This document shows, in pieces, positions 38,932-48,819 of a stretch of DNA of 64,000 bases. This DNA is from Minisyncoccota bacterium (GTDB lineage Bacteria > Patescibacteriota > Minisyncoccia > Phycocordibacterales > JABMNX01), in contig JAPHQU010000003.1 in assembly GCA_026195275.1 (NCBI GenBank), positions 7,852 through 71,851 of the forward strand, in the 5' to 3' direction. Numbering within the stretch: position 1 is the stretch's first letter; each line of letters starts with the position of its first letter. The notes beneath the pieces are model-generated. The model was not told where the DNA came from. It worked only from the letters and a program-made list of their open reading frames with translations, and made no database searches. The translations under genes were made by a program, and so were the position numbers.

Positions 38932-40589
38932 TGTTCATTTATATAGTTATGACCACACAGTATCGATACAAACAGATAATCTATGGAGGACTCCTGAGTG
39001 TTTTCTTATTCTTTACCATTACGTCAATGGCGCATGCCGCAACGTTACGCTTGTTGCAGAATGGCGAGTTTGATACCGGTCCCGGAGGGAAGATATCGGT
39101 GAATCTTGTGGTTGATACCGGGAGTATCTATATTAATGCCGCTGAGGCAAAAGTTTCCTTCTCAAATGATATTCTTGAACTGGTGAGTGTGGAGCGCACT
39201 GGTTCAATCTTCAACTTCTGGCTCAAAGAGCCGGAGTACTCAAATAAGGAAGGCGTTATGACGTTTGCCGGGGGTACGCCGCGTGGTGTCTCCGGTAATT
39301 CGCTACAGATACTCAGACTTCATTTCCTCGTGAAGGGCGTTGGGGATGCCGATGTGCAAATAGAGGACGGGGTAGTAAGCGCGAACGACGGAAAAGGGAC
39401 TAACGTGCTCTTTAATATCGAGAATCTCTGTATCGAGAGTTGTGGGATTGGTGCCCAGACCGTGACGACCGCGCGGCAGCCCGTAGCAGGACAAGAGCAA
39501 CCAGTTGAGGTTGTTCATACGCCAGTGCCTGGAGAAGCAACGCCCGAAGCACCGGAGCTTCGGGTGAACCTCTATTCTGATCAGACTCTGTGGCATAACT
39601 ACACCGGAGACACAATTGTGTTGTGGAAACTACCAAATGACGTAACAAAGATCGCAACCGCCTTAAACCATAATCCGAATGGAGTGCCGCAGACCTCTAC
39701 CAGCCAGCTCTCAACCGGAAAGGATTTCGGCGCACTTGATGAAGGTGTCTGGTACGTCCATGTTCAATTTAAGAACAATGTGGGCTGGGGTGCGGTCGCA
39801 CACCATCGCATCGCGATAGACACGACGCCACCGACTGTACTCGAAGTGGAAATTGAGAGAGACTCTGAGGAGGATCCGACTGCAGAGATAACACTTCACG
39901 GACACGACGCGCTCTCGGGAATCTCCCATGCAGATATTTATATTGATGGAGAGAAGATAGAAACTGTCTCATCAAGAGAAGGACATCTCGAAACATCTCG
40001 CCTTGTTCTCCCATCGGTTAATCCGGGCCGTCATGTGATTGGTGTTGAGATGTTTGATGTTGCCGGAAATAGTATTGAAGAGCGAATGGAGATTGATGTC
40101 TTACCAATCCAAACTCCGAGGATTGTTTTTAAGCCTGAGGTTGCGCACCTTGCTGGTGGTGAATTTGTATGGGGGTACGGAATGGCGCACACGCTCGTCA
40201 CGCTTCGGCTGGTCTCCGAAGAAGGGTTTGAAGTCTTCTCAAAGACCGTAGAGAGTACCGGCGAGGGACATTGGATGGTGAATCTCGACACAGCACTTCC
40301 TAATGGTGTGTACACACTCGAGGTGAGCGCTGAAGATGAGCGCGGTGCACGAAGCTACCCAACTACAACAGCATTGGTGGTTAAAGAAGAGATATGGATA
40401 TTCACAATTGGCGCTCACGACTTTAGTCTGCTCGAGATTGTACTTGCCGGCGCCCTACTGCTCATCTTTGTGTCTGGGTTTGTACCTGAATCACGAAAAG
40501 AGGCAATCTTACGAAGATTCTTTGCCCAGAAGGAAAAGAGCAAGGAAAAGAAGCCGACAAAGGAGAAGCGTGCTTCAACGGGACGGTGA
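38931..40589 (+). CDS. membrane-anchored protein with N-terminal cohesin-like domain
   Basis: After the signal/TM comes GKISVNLVVDTGSIYINAAEAKVSFSNDILELVSVERTGSIFNF..., matching the cohesin beta-sandwich pattern. Ig-like middle region, C-terminal TM helix and basic tail. Confidence 0.5.
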   Translation: MFIYIVMTTQYRYKQIIYGGLLSVFLFFTITSMAHAATLRLLQNGEFDTGPGGKISVNLVVDTGSIYINAAEAKVSFSNDILELVSVERTGSIFNFWLKEPEYSNKEGVMTFAGGTPRGVSGNSLQILRLHFLVKGVGDADVQIEDGVVSANDGKGTNVLFNIENLCIESCGIGAQTVTTARQPVAGQEQPVEVVHTPVPGEATPEAPELRVNLYSDQTLWHNYTGDTIVLWKLPNDVTKIATALNHNPNGVPQTSTSQLSTGKDFGALDEGVWYVHVQFKNNVGWGAVAHHRIAIDTTPPTVLEVEIERDSEEDPTAEITLHGHDALSGISHADIYIDGEKIETVSSREGHLETSRLVLPSVNPGRHVIGVEMFDVAGNSIEERMEIDVLPIQTPRIVFKPEVAHLAGGEFVWGYGMAHTLVTLRLVSEEGFEVFSKTVESTGEGHWMVNLDTALPNGVYTLEVSAEDERGARSYPTTTALVVKEEIWIFTIGAHDFSLLEIVLAGALLLIFVSGFVPESRKEAILRRFFAQKEKSKEKKPTKEKRASTGR

Positions 40590-40655
40590 TGGTGGATGGC
40601 TTACAACGTAGCACGTCAACTTCATATCTAACAGATTTGTGGTAATATAATCCAT

Positions 40656-41111
40656 ATGAACAAACGTATTTCTGGGTTTACTATTCTCGAACTCTTAGTC
40701 GTTGTTGCAATCATTGGTATCATGACCTCGATTGCACTTTTCATGCTCACTGATGCGCGGGAGAAGGGGCGTGATAGTCGTCGTTTCGATGATCTCGCAC
40801 AGATCAAGAATGCGCTCGAGCTCTACAGTTCTGACAACAACGCACTCTACCCGGCTGGTAGTAGTCTCGACTCCGTAGTGAACGGCGGTTATCTAAAGAA
40901 GCTCCCAGTAGACCCGCTTAATACCGGAGTGTACACATATATGTATCAAGCGACTGACTTCTCTGGTACTGCTTGCAATAGCAATGCCTGCACCAGCTAC
41001 GTGCTCAAGGGTGTCCTTGAGCAGACAGAACAAGAAGCGCTTGTCTCAGACGTTGATGGTGTTATTGGAGGGTTGGATTGCGCTGACCCGGCACTTTGTA
41101 TCACCCCATAG
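40656..41111 (+). CDS. type IV pilin / pseudopilin (prepilin-type N-terminal cleavage/methylation domain)
   Basis: MNKRISGFTILELLVVVAIIGI class III signal with the G-FTxxE motif. Confidence 0.8.
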   Translation: MNKRISGFTILELLVVVAIIGIMTSIALFMLTDAREKGRDSRRFDDLAQIKNALELYSSDNNALYPAGSSLDSVVNGGYLKKLPVDPLNTGVYTYMYQATDFSGTACNSNACTSYVLKGVLEQTEQEALVSDVDGVIGGLDCADPALCITP

Positions 41112-41138
41112 AGAGGTAAGAGATAACCAGTTCAGCTT

Positions 41139-41513
41139 ATGAATAATAGAATGATTATAGGGGTACTTGTAGTAATTGCGTTGCTCTTTGGGTGGTATTA
41201 CTACAATGAGGGCACTGCTGCTGGTCAGTATGACGAGTTTGCTCAATGTATTACTGATAGCGGTACAAAATTCTACGGAACATTCTGGTGTCCGCATTGT
41301 CAAAACCAAAAGAAGGTTTTTGGTTCATCAGAAAAATTCTTACCGTACATCGAGTGCTCAACCCCGAATGGACAAGCACAGCTTCAGATCTGTAAAGATG
41401 CGGGAGTCATGGGATATCCCACGTGGGAGTTCCCTGATGGAAGTCGTCTGACCGGGGAAGTGGAATTCTCAACACTTGCTGAGGAGACTGGCTGCACGTT
41501 GCCACAGCAGTAA
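41139..41513 (+). CDS. thioredoxin-fold protein (DsbA/VKOR-partner-like), CPHC active site
   Basis: N-terminal TM helix; FWCPHCQ redox motif. Confidence 0.65.
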   Translation: MNNRMIIGVLVVIALLFGWYYYNEGTAAGQYDEFAQCITDSGTKFYGTFWCPHCQNQKKVFGSSEKFLPYIECSTPNGQAQLQICKDAGVMGYPTWEFPDGSRLTGEVEFSTLAEETGCTLPQQ

Positions 41514-41526
41514 TGAAATCATTGAT

Positions 41527-42063
41527 ATGACATCATTTGTTGAACAACTTAATCTCATCCTCTCTTTAGGTATTATCGCGCTTCAAATGTCTGCATGTTT
41601 CGTCTTCCTCCTTTTTCTCTTTAAGAAGAAACACCCTGTTCTGAGGCTTATACGCAAGTACGGACTTTTAATCGTGTTTGCCCTCTCTCTGTTGGGGGCA
41701 GTCATGACACTTGTGTACTCTGAGGTTTTTGGTTTTGTCCCGTGTAGTTTGTGTTGGCTTCAACGAGTCTTCTTGTATTCACAGGTAGTTGTTGTAGGGA
41801 TTGCTTTGGTAAAACGAGAACAAGTCGCTATGGTGGCGGATTATCTCATAGGACTCTCGGTTTTCGGTGCGGTTGTTGCGCTTTATCAGCACCTCTTGCA
41901 GGTAGGTGAGCGCGATCTTGTTGGTTGCCCAGTATCAGGCGGGGACTGCTCACAGCGCATCCTCTTTGAGTTTGGTTACATTACCTTCCCGCTTATGGCG
42001 TTCACGCTTTTTGCTGCAATCACTGTATTTATGCTTGCGGCACGTCGTGTTCGGACGTCATAA
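41527..42063 (+). CDS. disulfide bond formation protein B (DsbB/BdbC family)
   Basis: Four TM helices with Cys pairs in both periplasmic loops (CSLCWLQR; CPVSGGDC). Confidence 0.65.
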   Translation: MTSFVEQLNLILSLGIIALQMSACFVFLLFLFKKKHPVLRLIRKYGLLIVFALSLLGAVMTLVYSEVFGFVPCSLCWLQRVFLYSQVVVVGIALVKREQVAMVADYLIGLSVFGAVVALYQHLLQVGERDLVGCPVSGGDCSQRILFEFGYITFPLMAFTLFAAITVFMLAARRVRTS

Positions 42064-42160
42064 GGCAAGCCACATCCATGTGGTATTGGCTAAACGGAGT
42101 CTTCTGTAAGCCACAATAAACGCCAACCTTGGGTTGGCGTTTCTGCTATACTAAGTACCA

Positions 42161-43420
42161 ATGAGACGAGAATTTCCAAAAGGTTTTTTCTGGGGTGCGT
42201 CAACCTCTGCACACCAGGTTGAAGGAGGTACTCACAACGACTGGAGTGAGTGGGAGAAGGAAAACGCAAAACGGCTAGCCGAGAGTGCTGGCGTGGGCAC
42301 CGATGTGTGGAAGAGTTGGGAATCGCGTGATCGAGGACGCTTCCCAGAAATGCTTGAAGAAGCAAACTATATTTCGGGTAGAGCAGCTGACCATTACAAC
42401 CGCTTTGAGAAAGATTTTGATATCGCGAAATCGCTCGGGCACAATGCGCACCGCTTCTCGATCGAGTGGTCGCGTATAGAGCCGGAAGAAGGGAAGTTTG
42501 ACGAAAAAGAAATAGAACATTACCGCACTGTCATCGCAGCACTTCGTGCGCGGGGTATGGAGCCGTTTGTAACTCTTTGGCACTGGCCGATCCCGCTGTG
42601 GCTTGAGAAGAAAGGAGGTCTTGAGTCACGGGAGTTTGTGTCACATTTCACTCGTTATACAGAAAAGGTTGTTGCGGCACTTGGTGCAGATGTTGTGTTC
42701 TGGATCACACTCAATGAACCCGAGGTGGTTGCTGGTCATGCATACCTTAAGGGATGCTGGCCTCCACAGAAGAAAAGCTATAGTGCATACCGCCGGGTCA
42801 TTAGAAACCTGATCCGAGCGCACAAGGCAGCGTACACAGTTATCAAGGAATCCCACCCTGAAGCAAAGGTGTGCGTCGCGAAGCACAACATCTACTTCGA
42901 GAGTGCTGGAGGGTTCATCAACAAGGCACTCAAGTGGGTCGCAGATCGGTGGTGGAATGATTGGTTCCTCAATGAGACCAAAGGGTATCAAGATGTCATC
43001 ACGCTCAATCATTACCACCGTAACCGCATCAATTACGGGTTTAATGAAGATCACAATGAGCGTATCTCCGATATGGGCTGGGAGCTCCACCCGGAGTCGC
43101 TTGCGCAGATGGCACGTGAGATGCACGAGAAATATAAACTCCCGATCTACGTGACCGAGCATGGGCTTGCGGATGCGGATGACTCTCACCGCGAGTGGTT
43201 CATTACCGAATCACTCAAACATCTACACCATGCGATTGAAGAAGGGGTTGATGTGCGCGGGTACCTGCACTGGTCGCTCCTTGATAATTTCGAGTGGGAC
43301 AAGGGCTTCTGGCCGCGCTTTGGACTTGTGGCGGTTGATTTTAAAACTCAGGAGCGAAAAGTCCGCCCTTCTGCACAGGTGTATAAGAAGGTCTGCGAGT
43401 CGAACGTGTTAGAATTATAA
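42161..43420 (+). CDS. beta-glucosidase, glycoside hydrolase family 1
   Basis: FPKGFFWGASTSAHQVEGG N-terminal signature, NEP acid/base motif and ITEHG/YVTEHG nucleophile motif. Confidence 0.9.
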   Translation: MRREFPKGFFWGASTSAHQVEGGTHNDWSEWEKENAKRLAESAGVGTDVWKSWESRDRGRFPEMLEEANYISGRAADHYNRFEKDFDIAKSLGHNAHRFSIEWSRIEPEEGKFDEKEIEHYRTVIAALRARGMEPFVTLWHWPIPLWLEKKGGLESREFVSHFTRYTEKVVAALGADVVFWITLNEPEVVAGHAYLKGCWPPQKKSYSAYRRVIRNLIRAHKAAYTVIKESHPEAKVCVAKHNIYFESAGGFINKALKWVADRWWNDWFLNETKGYQDVITLNHYHRNRINYGFNEDHNERISDMGWELHPESLAQMAREMHEKYKLPIYVTEHGLADADDSHREWFITESLKHLHHAIEEGVDVRGYLHWSLLDNFEWDKGFWPRFGLVAVDFKTQERKVRPSAQVYKKVCESNVLEL

Positions 43421-43434
43421 AAACCTATTACACC

Positions 43435-44379
43435 ATGTCTGTCTGGATCCTTCTCGTCGTCGTTGCTCAATTTCTGAACGCAATTGTTGCGGTTATTGAT
43501 AAATATATTGTGACCGCGCGTGTGGTACACAAACCGATTACATATGCGTTTTACGTGAGCATTCTCTCGGTGTTCGCGATATTTGTCTTTTTCTTTAGTT
43601 GGGTTGAGATACCGCTTGATGGCGTTTCCATTCCTTCGATTGAGAACGTTGGTTTTCCCAACATTGAAATACTGCTTCTCTCGGTCATTGCCGGGTTTGC
43701 ATTCTTTGGTTCTCTGGTTGCGCTCTTTACCGCGCTCCGTGATGCAGACACTTCAGACGTTATCCCGGTTGTTGGTGCGTTCTCCGCGATTGGGTCATTT
43801 GTCTTGAGTTTTTATTTTTTAGAGTTCTCTCTCACTCATAATTTTCTTTGGGGGTTCGCGCTTCTGGTCATCGGTACGCTACTCATCTCACTCTTTCGTT
43901 TTTTAAAAGCGCAGACTCTTCTCGTCGCGATTGTCTCTGGATTGCTTTTTGCGACACATTTCGTGTGTCTCAAGGTGCTCTTTGGTTATACACACTTTGA
44001 TAATGCGTTCTTTTGGTCGCGTGTTGGTATTGTCATCCCGGCGCTCCTGGTGTTTGTCCTTCCGTGGATACAGATCCACCCAAAGAAGAAAGCAATGTCC
44101 GCTGAGGTGCCGCGCAAGAATGCTATTGCGATTATATTGGGAAATAAACTCCTTGCTGGGATTGCGAGTATTATGATACTTAAGAGTATTGAACTTGGAG
44201 AGGTGAGTATTGTGCAGGCGCTTGGTGGGCTGCAGTTTGTCTTTCTTCTTATGTTTGCGGTTATCAGCGGTAAGAGTTTGCCGCAGGCGTGTGGAGAGAG
44301 ATGCTCGAGGTATGACGTCTGGCAGAAGATCATATCGGTCAGTATTATTACCGCCGGATTCTTTGTTCTCTTCCTCTAG
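43435..44379 (+). CDS. DMT-superfamily (EamA-like) membrane transporter
   Basis: About 10 TM helices arranged as two repeats. Confidence 0.5.
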   Translation: MSVWILLVVVAQFLNAIVAVIDKYIVTARVVHKPITYAFYVSILSVFAIFVFFFSWVEIPLDGVSIPSIENVGFPNIEILLLSVIAGFAFFGSLVALFTALRDADTSDVIPVVGAFSAIGSFVLSFYFLEFSLTHNFLWGFALLVIGTLLISLFRFLKAQTLLVAIVSGLLFATHFVCLKVLFGYTHFDNAFFWSRVGIVIPALLVFVLPWIQIHPKKKAMSAEVPRKNAIAIILGNKLLAGIASIMILKSIELGEVSIVQALGGLQFVFLLMFAVISGKSLPQACGERCSRYDVWQKIISVSIITAGFFVLFL

Positions 44380-44391
44380 GCACCGGTTATT

Positions 44392-45396
44392 ATGAAGAAA
44401 TGGCACAAAATAATTATCATTCTCGGAGTAATCGCTCTAACTGTCGTGCTGCTGCTCTCCTTGTTGTCGTATCGCCCTGTGCCAGAGCGGATCACATATG
44501 GGATGTCGTTCAATACACTCTATGCGGAGGAGTTGGGGCTTGACTGGAGAGAAACATACGACGCCATCATCGAAGATCTTGGTGTTCGACACCTTCGACT
44601 TGCTGCTCACTGGGATTTGATCGAGCCGGGAAAAGATTTCTACGACTTTAGTGAGATTGACTACCAGGTCAATGAGGCGTCAGCGCGCGGGGTTGATATG
44701 GTGGTTGGTGTCGGGCGGCGACTTCCGCGTTGGCCAGAGTGCCATACTCCGCGTTGGGCATCCGACCTCTCTTGGGAAGAGCAGAAAGTGGAGATACGAG
44801 AGATGATTAAGACGGTGGTGAACCGCTACAAGGACAACGAGAATATTCTCTACTGGCAAGTCGAGAATGAGCCGTATCTCACCGTCTTTGGAAAAGAATA
44901 TTGTGGAGAGTTTGATGAAGTATTTCTTAAAGAAGAGATTGCATTAGTCAAAGAGCTTGATCCGGGGCGTCCGATTCTCTTAACTGACAGTGGCAACCTT
45001 GGCACATGGGCGGGGGCGTACAAGAACAGCGACGTATTCGGGACCAGTGTGTATGTCTATTTCTGGAATGAAAATGTTGGACCATTTAAGTCTGTTTTAC
45101 CGCCCGCGTACTACCGTCTTAAGTACAACCTTGCACGTCTTTGGTATGGTCCTAAGACAGCGCTACTCATCGAACTTTCGGCTGAGCCGTGGCTCCTGCA
45201 GCCAATCGTTGAGACACCAATTGAGACCCAGCGTGAGCGTATGAATCTGGAGAAATTTGAGAATATCATCGCGTTTGCGCGAAAGACCGGTTTTGATACG
45301 CAGTACCTCTGGGGTGCTGAGTGGTGGTACTGGCTTAAGGAGCAAGGGGATGATGACTTTTGGCGTCGTGCGCAAGAACTGTACAAAGAGGAATAA
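44392..45396 (+). CDS. membrane-anchored glycoside hydrolase, clan GH-A (GH5-like)
   Basis: N-terminal TM helix and a (beta/alpha)8-like fold with the WQVENEP acid/base motif. Confidence 0.5.
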   Translation: MKKWHKIIIILGVIALTVVLLLSLLSYRPVPERITYGMSFNTLYAEELGLDWRETYDAIIEDLGVRHLRLAAHWDLIEPGKDFYDFSEIDYQVNEASARGVDMVVGVGRRLPRWPECHTPRWASDLSWEEQKVEIREMIKTVVNRYKDNENILYWQVENEPYLTVFGKEYCGEFDEVFLKEEIALVKELDPGRPILLTDSGNLGTWAGAYKNSDVFGTSVYVYFWNENVGPFKSVLPPAYYRLKYNLARLWYGPKTALLIELSAEPWLLQPIVETPIETQRERMNLEKFENIIAFARKTGFDTQYLWGAEWWYWLKEQGDDDFWRRAQELYKEE

Positions 45397-45504
45397 ACCT
45401 CTGCGTATCTTTGGGGTATAATCAAGATAATGAAACATGTGCCCCAGGAAATCGTACTTCTCGTTGTGTTTGGTGTCATGGTAATATTTTTCATTCTCTA
45501 AATT

Positions 45505-46434
45505 ATGTACCGCGAAATTCTCAATTCTTTTGATATATACTCTCTCCCTAATCTTGATACTGCGGTGTTAGGCGCGCTTGAGCTTTTTAAAGAGACGCCA
45601 CCGCAAGAATTTAACACCGCTTCTGTTGGCGCACGACCGCTGGTTATTGGAAGTGCGAACGCATGTGCGGTCGGCAAGATTATCTTTCGAGACACTGCCG
45701 CAATTTTTGCTGAAGAGAGTGATTATCGAAAGAAGCTCAAGATTTACCCTGATCGCGATAGCGTGGTCATTATCTCTTCCTCCGGTGGAAAACATGCAGT
45801 TTCGATAGCGGAAGAGTTTGCTGGCTCGGATATCCCGGTCTGGATCCTCACAAACAACCAACAGGCGCCTGCGGCGCGACATATTGACCCGGCACGCGTG
45901 ATACTCTTTCCAAAAAATCGTGAACCGTACACCTACAACACTTCAACATACCTCGGGATGATACTCGCTGGCTCAAGTGAGATGTGCCCCTGTGATCTTG
46001 AATACTTCTCAGAAGTGGCGCGTGTTCTACCAAGCGATATCGGAGAGTATGAAGCGTTCCTTATGACTATCCCAGGTGAATATGCAGAGTTGCGGTATAT
46101 GTTTCAGACCAAGTTCGATGAGCTTTTTGGTGGGCGTGTTACGGGGCGCGTATTCACCACTGAGGAGGTGAAGCACGCAAAGACTGTCGTGCCGTACGAG
46201 AAAGAACTCTTTATTCATCTTGGTGAAGGGAGCGAGTTGTTTCCCGAGAAGAAAGAGAGGGTTGTTGTGCCGCTTTCCGACACACTTGGATATGCAGGCA
46301 TGCTCGCACTTGGGTACTTTATCATTGGAAAAATTCAGGAAGCACACCCCCCATACTTCATCGAGAGTCTAGTTGCGTATACAAAACACGCATCAGAATT
46401 ATTTGGTCAGGATATTAGTCCTATCGTCGAGTAA
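45505..46434 (+). CDS. SIS-domain-like protein (sugar-phosphate binding), uncertain
   Basis: DSVVIISSSGGKHAVSIAEEFAGSDIPVWILTNN resembles SIS-domain motifs. Confidence 0.35.
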   Translation: MYREILNSFDIYSLPNLDTAVLGALELFKETPPQEFNTASVGARPLVIGSANACAVGKIIFRDTAAIFAEESDYRKKLKIYPDRDSVVIISSSGGKHAVSIAEEFAGSDIPVWILTNNQQAPAARHIDPARVILFPKNREPYTYNTSTYLGMILAGSSEMCPCDLEYFSEVARVLPSDIGEYEAFLMTIPGEYAELRYMFQTKFDELFGGRVTGRVFTTEEVKHAKTVVPYEKELFIHLGEGSELFPEKKERVVVPLSDTLGYAGMLALGYFIIGKIQEAHPPYFIESLVAYTKHASELFGQDISPIVE

Positions 46435-46436
46435 AT

Positions 46437-47279
46437 ATGTACATCCTTTTCGACATTGGTGGCACTAAAATGCGCATTGCCGGCTCGCGCGATCTTAGTG
46501 CGTTTGTGGGAGACCCGCTTATCATAGAAACTCCAGAGGATTTTGAAGAGGGGATACGGGTTCTTATTGATAAGATTTCAATTCTTGCAACTGGAGAGAG
46601 TATTGAAGGGATTGCCGGGGGAATCGCCGGACCGGTTGATCAGGGGCGCGGGATGCTTCTCGGTGGTCCAAATCTCAAAGGATGGGTGGGTAAACCGCTC
46701 GCTACGCGACTCGCGGAGCATTTCGGTGTATCGGTAAAAATAGCGAATGACACTGCGCTCGTTGGGCTTGGGGAGATACACTTCGGTGCGGGGGGTATGG
46801 AAGGGATAAGTGCATACCTAACAGTAAGCACCGGTGTCGGAGGTTGTCGTTTTGTTGACGGAGAGATAGACATGGCCTCAGTTGGTTTTGAGCCCGGACA
46901 CCAGATTATTGATGCGGGGAAGGGACTCTGTTCGCAGTGTGAAAGCGGTACGCTCGAGAGTTATATCGGCGGAGCGGCGACACAACGGCGAATGAAAAAG
47001 AGACCGTATGACATAGACGATCTTGGATTTTGGGATGAATATGCAAAGTGGCTTGCGTATGGACTTAATAATGTTGCGGTATTCTGGTCTCCAAAGACAA
47101 TTGTGCTCGGCGGCTCCATGATTGTAGGTGACCCAGCAATACCGCTTGATCACACTAAGGAGTGTCTCAAGGGGATTCTCAAGATATTCCCAGAGATACC
47201 GGAGATAAAAAAGGCTGAACTCAGTGACCTTGGTGGACTTTATGGCGGGATGATACTCATTAAACAGTCGGGTTCTTAG
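46437..47279 (+). CDS. ROK-family sugar kinase (glucokinase-like)
   Basis: DIGGTK ATP-binding motif and the ROK Cys motif CSQCESGTLE. Confidence 0.75.
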   Translation: MYILFDIGGTKMRIAGSRDLSAFVGDPLIIETPEDFEEGIRVLIDKISILATGESIEGIAGGIAGPVDQGRGMLLGGPNLKGWVGKPLATRLAEHFGVSVKIANDTALVGLGEIHFGAGGMEGISAYLTVSTGVGGCRFVDGEIDMASVGFEPGHQIIDAGKGLCSQCESGTLESYIGGAATQRRMKKRPYDIDDLGFWDEYAKWLAYGLNNVAVFWSPKTIVLGGSMIVGDPAIPLDHTKECLKGILKIFPEIPEIKKAELSDLGGLYGGMILIKQSGS

Positions 47280-47315
47280 AGAGAGTTTAAAAGTTGAAGA
47301 AAGGAAAAAGAAAAA

Positions 47316-47339
47316 CCCCGAGCGCGTGTGCGCTCGGGG
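47316..47339. terminator. bidirectional terminator
   Basis: Hairpin ccccgagcgcgtgtgcgctcgggg. Confidence 0.6.
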
Positions 47340-47348
47340 GATGTTGTG

Positions 47349-47954
47349 TCAGTTCAGCCCGCCAGGAATTCCCGTCGGTGCGGGCGTGGGAATGACGCTG
47401 GATACCGGGGGTTGAGACCCGGAGCCATTGGAGCTGCGTCCAGTCATCCATTTGGGAAGCCACTTGGGCTTCACAACACGGACACCGACAACAATCGCGA
47501 CTGCCGCAATCCGCGTCTTGTTGGCGTAAATTGGGTCGTCGTCTCCAAGGTCAATGCCAATACACCCGTTATCGTTGCAGTGAATCGCAACGATGCGGGA
47601 GAGATGGTCGATAACTGAATCAACCTCTTCTCCGGCGACTTCGTAGAACTGCACCATACTCCCATCGGGGAGGACGTGCACTTCACGACCACCGACGATA
47701 TACGAACGTTCGTAGAAGTCTTCGGGCAGTGTGAACGTTTGCGCGTCCGGTGCGCACCCAGGGGTGCATTCGAACACAACGCTGTCGATGCGGTCCCAGA
47801 AAGGACCCCACGCGCTCCGGGTCACTTCGACTCGAAGTACCCCACCATCTTGCTTTTCGACTGCCATGTCAACACCGGCAGACGCCGGTGTTGCGTCAAT
47901 AACGAAAAGTCCAGTGAGAAAGAGAACGGCAAAAGCCGCGGTCAATTTTTTCAT
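47349..47954 (-). CDS. hypothetical secreted protein
   Basis: Signal peptide ending ASA-GV. Several Cys. Locally elevated GC. Confidence 0.4.
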   Translation of the reverse strand: MKKLTAAFAVLFLTGLFVIDATPASAGVDMAVEKQDGGVLRVEVTRSAWGPFWDRIDSVVFECTPGCAPDAQTFTLPEDFYERSYIVGGREVHVLPDGSMVQFYEVAGEEVDSVIDHLSRIVAIHCNDNGCIGIDLGDDDPIYANKTRIAAVAIVVGVRVVKPKWLPKWMTGRSSNGSGSQPPVSSVIPTPAPTGIPGGLN

Positions 47955-48138
47955 AGTCAGGGCCCTCCTTGGCCGAATTTTGTGGTTACCATCGCTCGGA
48001 TGGGAATGTTTTTCTATGTCTACAGTATCACATAAATATGCCTATTGTCAAGCGTGGTGTACACATGGCTGAGCGTACGTGCATGCGGTATAGTAAGTAA
48101 TTATTAATAGTAACAATTTACCAGTAAGTCTTTGATCT

Positions 48139-48741
48139 ATGGATACCAAACTTATTACCATCAGTGTTCTTGTGGCAGTTGTCGTCAGTGCGGTTACGGC
48201 GACCATTGTCTCTCGCAACGGTTTTATTAGTAGTGATGACGCGCATATCAAGGCTTTTTATGCAGCCGAAGTTGCAGTGCATGTGAGCCCACATGGTCTC
48301 CGTAAACACATGGATAAAGGAGACGATACTTTTATTCTTGTTGATTTGCGCTCTCAAGAGGAATATGAGCGCGAGCACATCATCGGTGCGATTAACATAC
48401 CTGCGTACAAAGATCCGTATACTTCAGCATATGGTGATGTAGAGCGTATTGTAAATTCTTTCAGCGAACTCGATCAAGAAAAGGACATCATCGTCTATTG
48501 CTACAGTATTCCGTGTATGACCGGACGAAAGATCGGCAATATGCTTGCGGAGCACGGTATATATGTACAGCTTCTCAGTGTCGGGTGGAACGAATGGAGA
48601 TATCACTGGACACTCTGGAATCATGAGCACGAGTGGGATGAAACAGATGTCTCTGACTATGTCATCTCAGGGTCTGAGCCGGGAGTGCCGCAGATGCGCG
48701 ACGGATCATCCTGCACAATAGAGAACGAACTTGGTTGTTAG
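48139..48741 (+). CDS. rhodanese-domain protein with N-terminal TM anchor
   Basis: Rhodanese fold with active-site-loop Cys (YCYSIPCMTGRK). Confidence 0.7.
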   Translation: MDTKLITISVLVAVVVSAVTATIVSRNGFISSDDAHIKAFYAAEVAVHVSPHGLRKHMDKGDDTFILVDLRSQEEYEREHIIGAINIPAYKDPYTSAYGDVERIVNSFSELDQEKDIIVYCYSIPCMTGRKIGNMLAEHGIYVQLLSVGWNEWRYHWTLWNHEHEWDETDVSDYVISGSEPGVPQMRDGSSCTIENELGC

Positions 48742-48819
48742 TTCAGTGTGTAGGTATGGTGTTGGTGGAGTATTGTCGTATAATAGAAAGTACTTATTAA
48801 CCGCACCATATATGTACCC

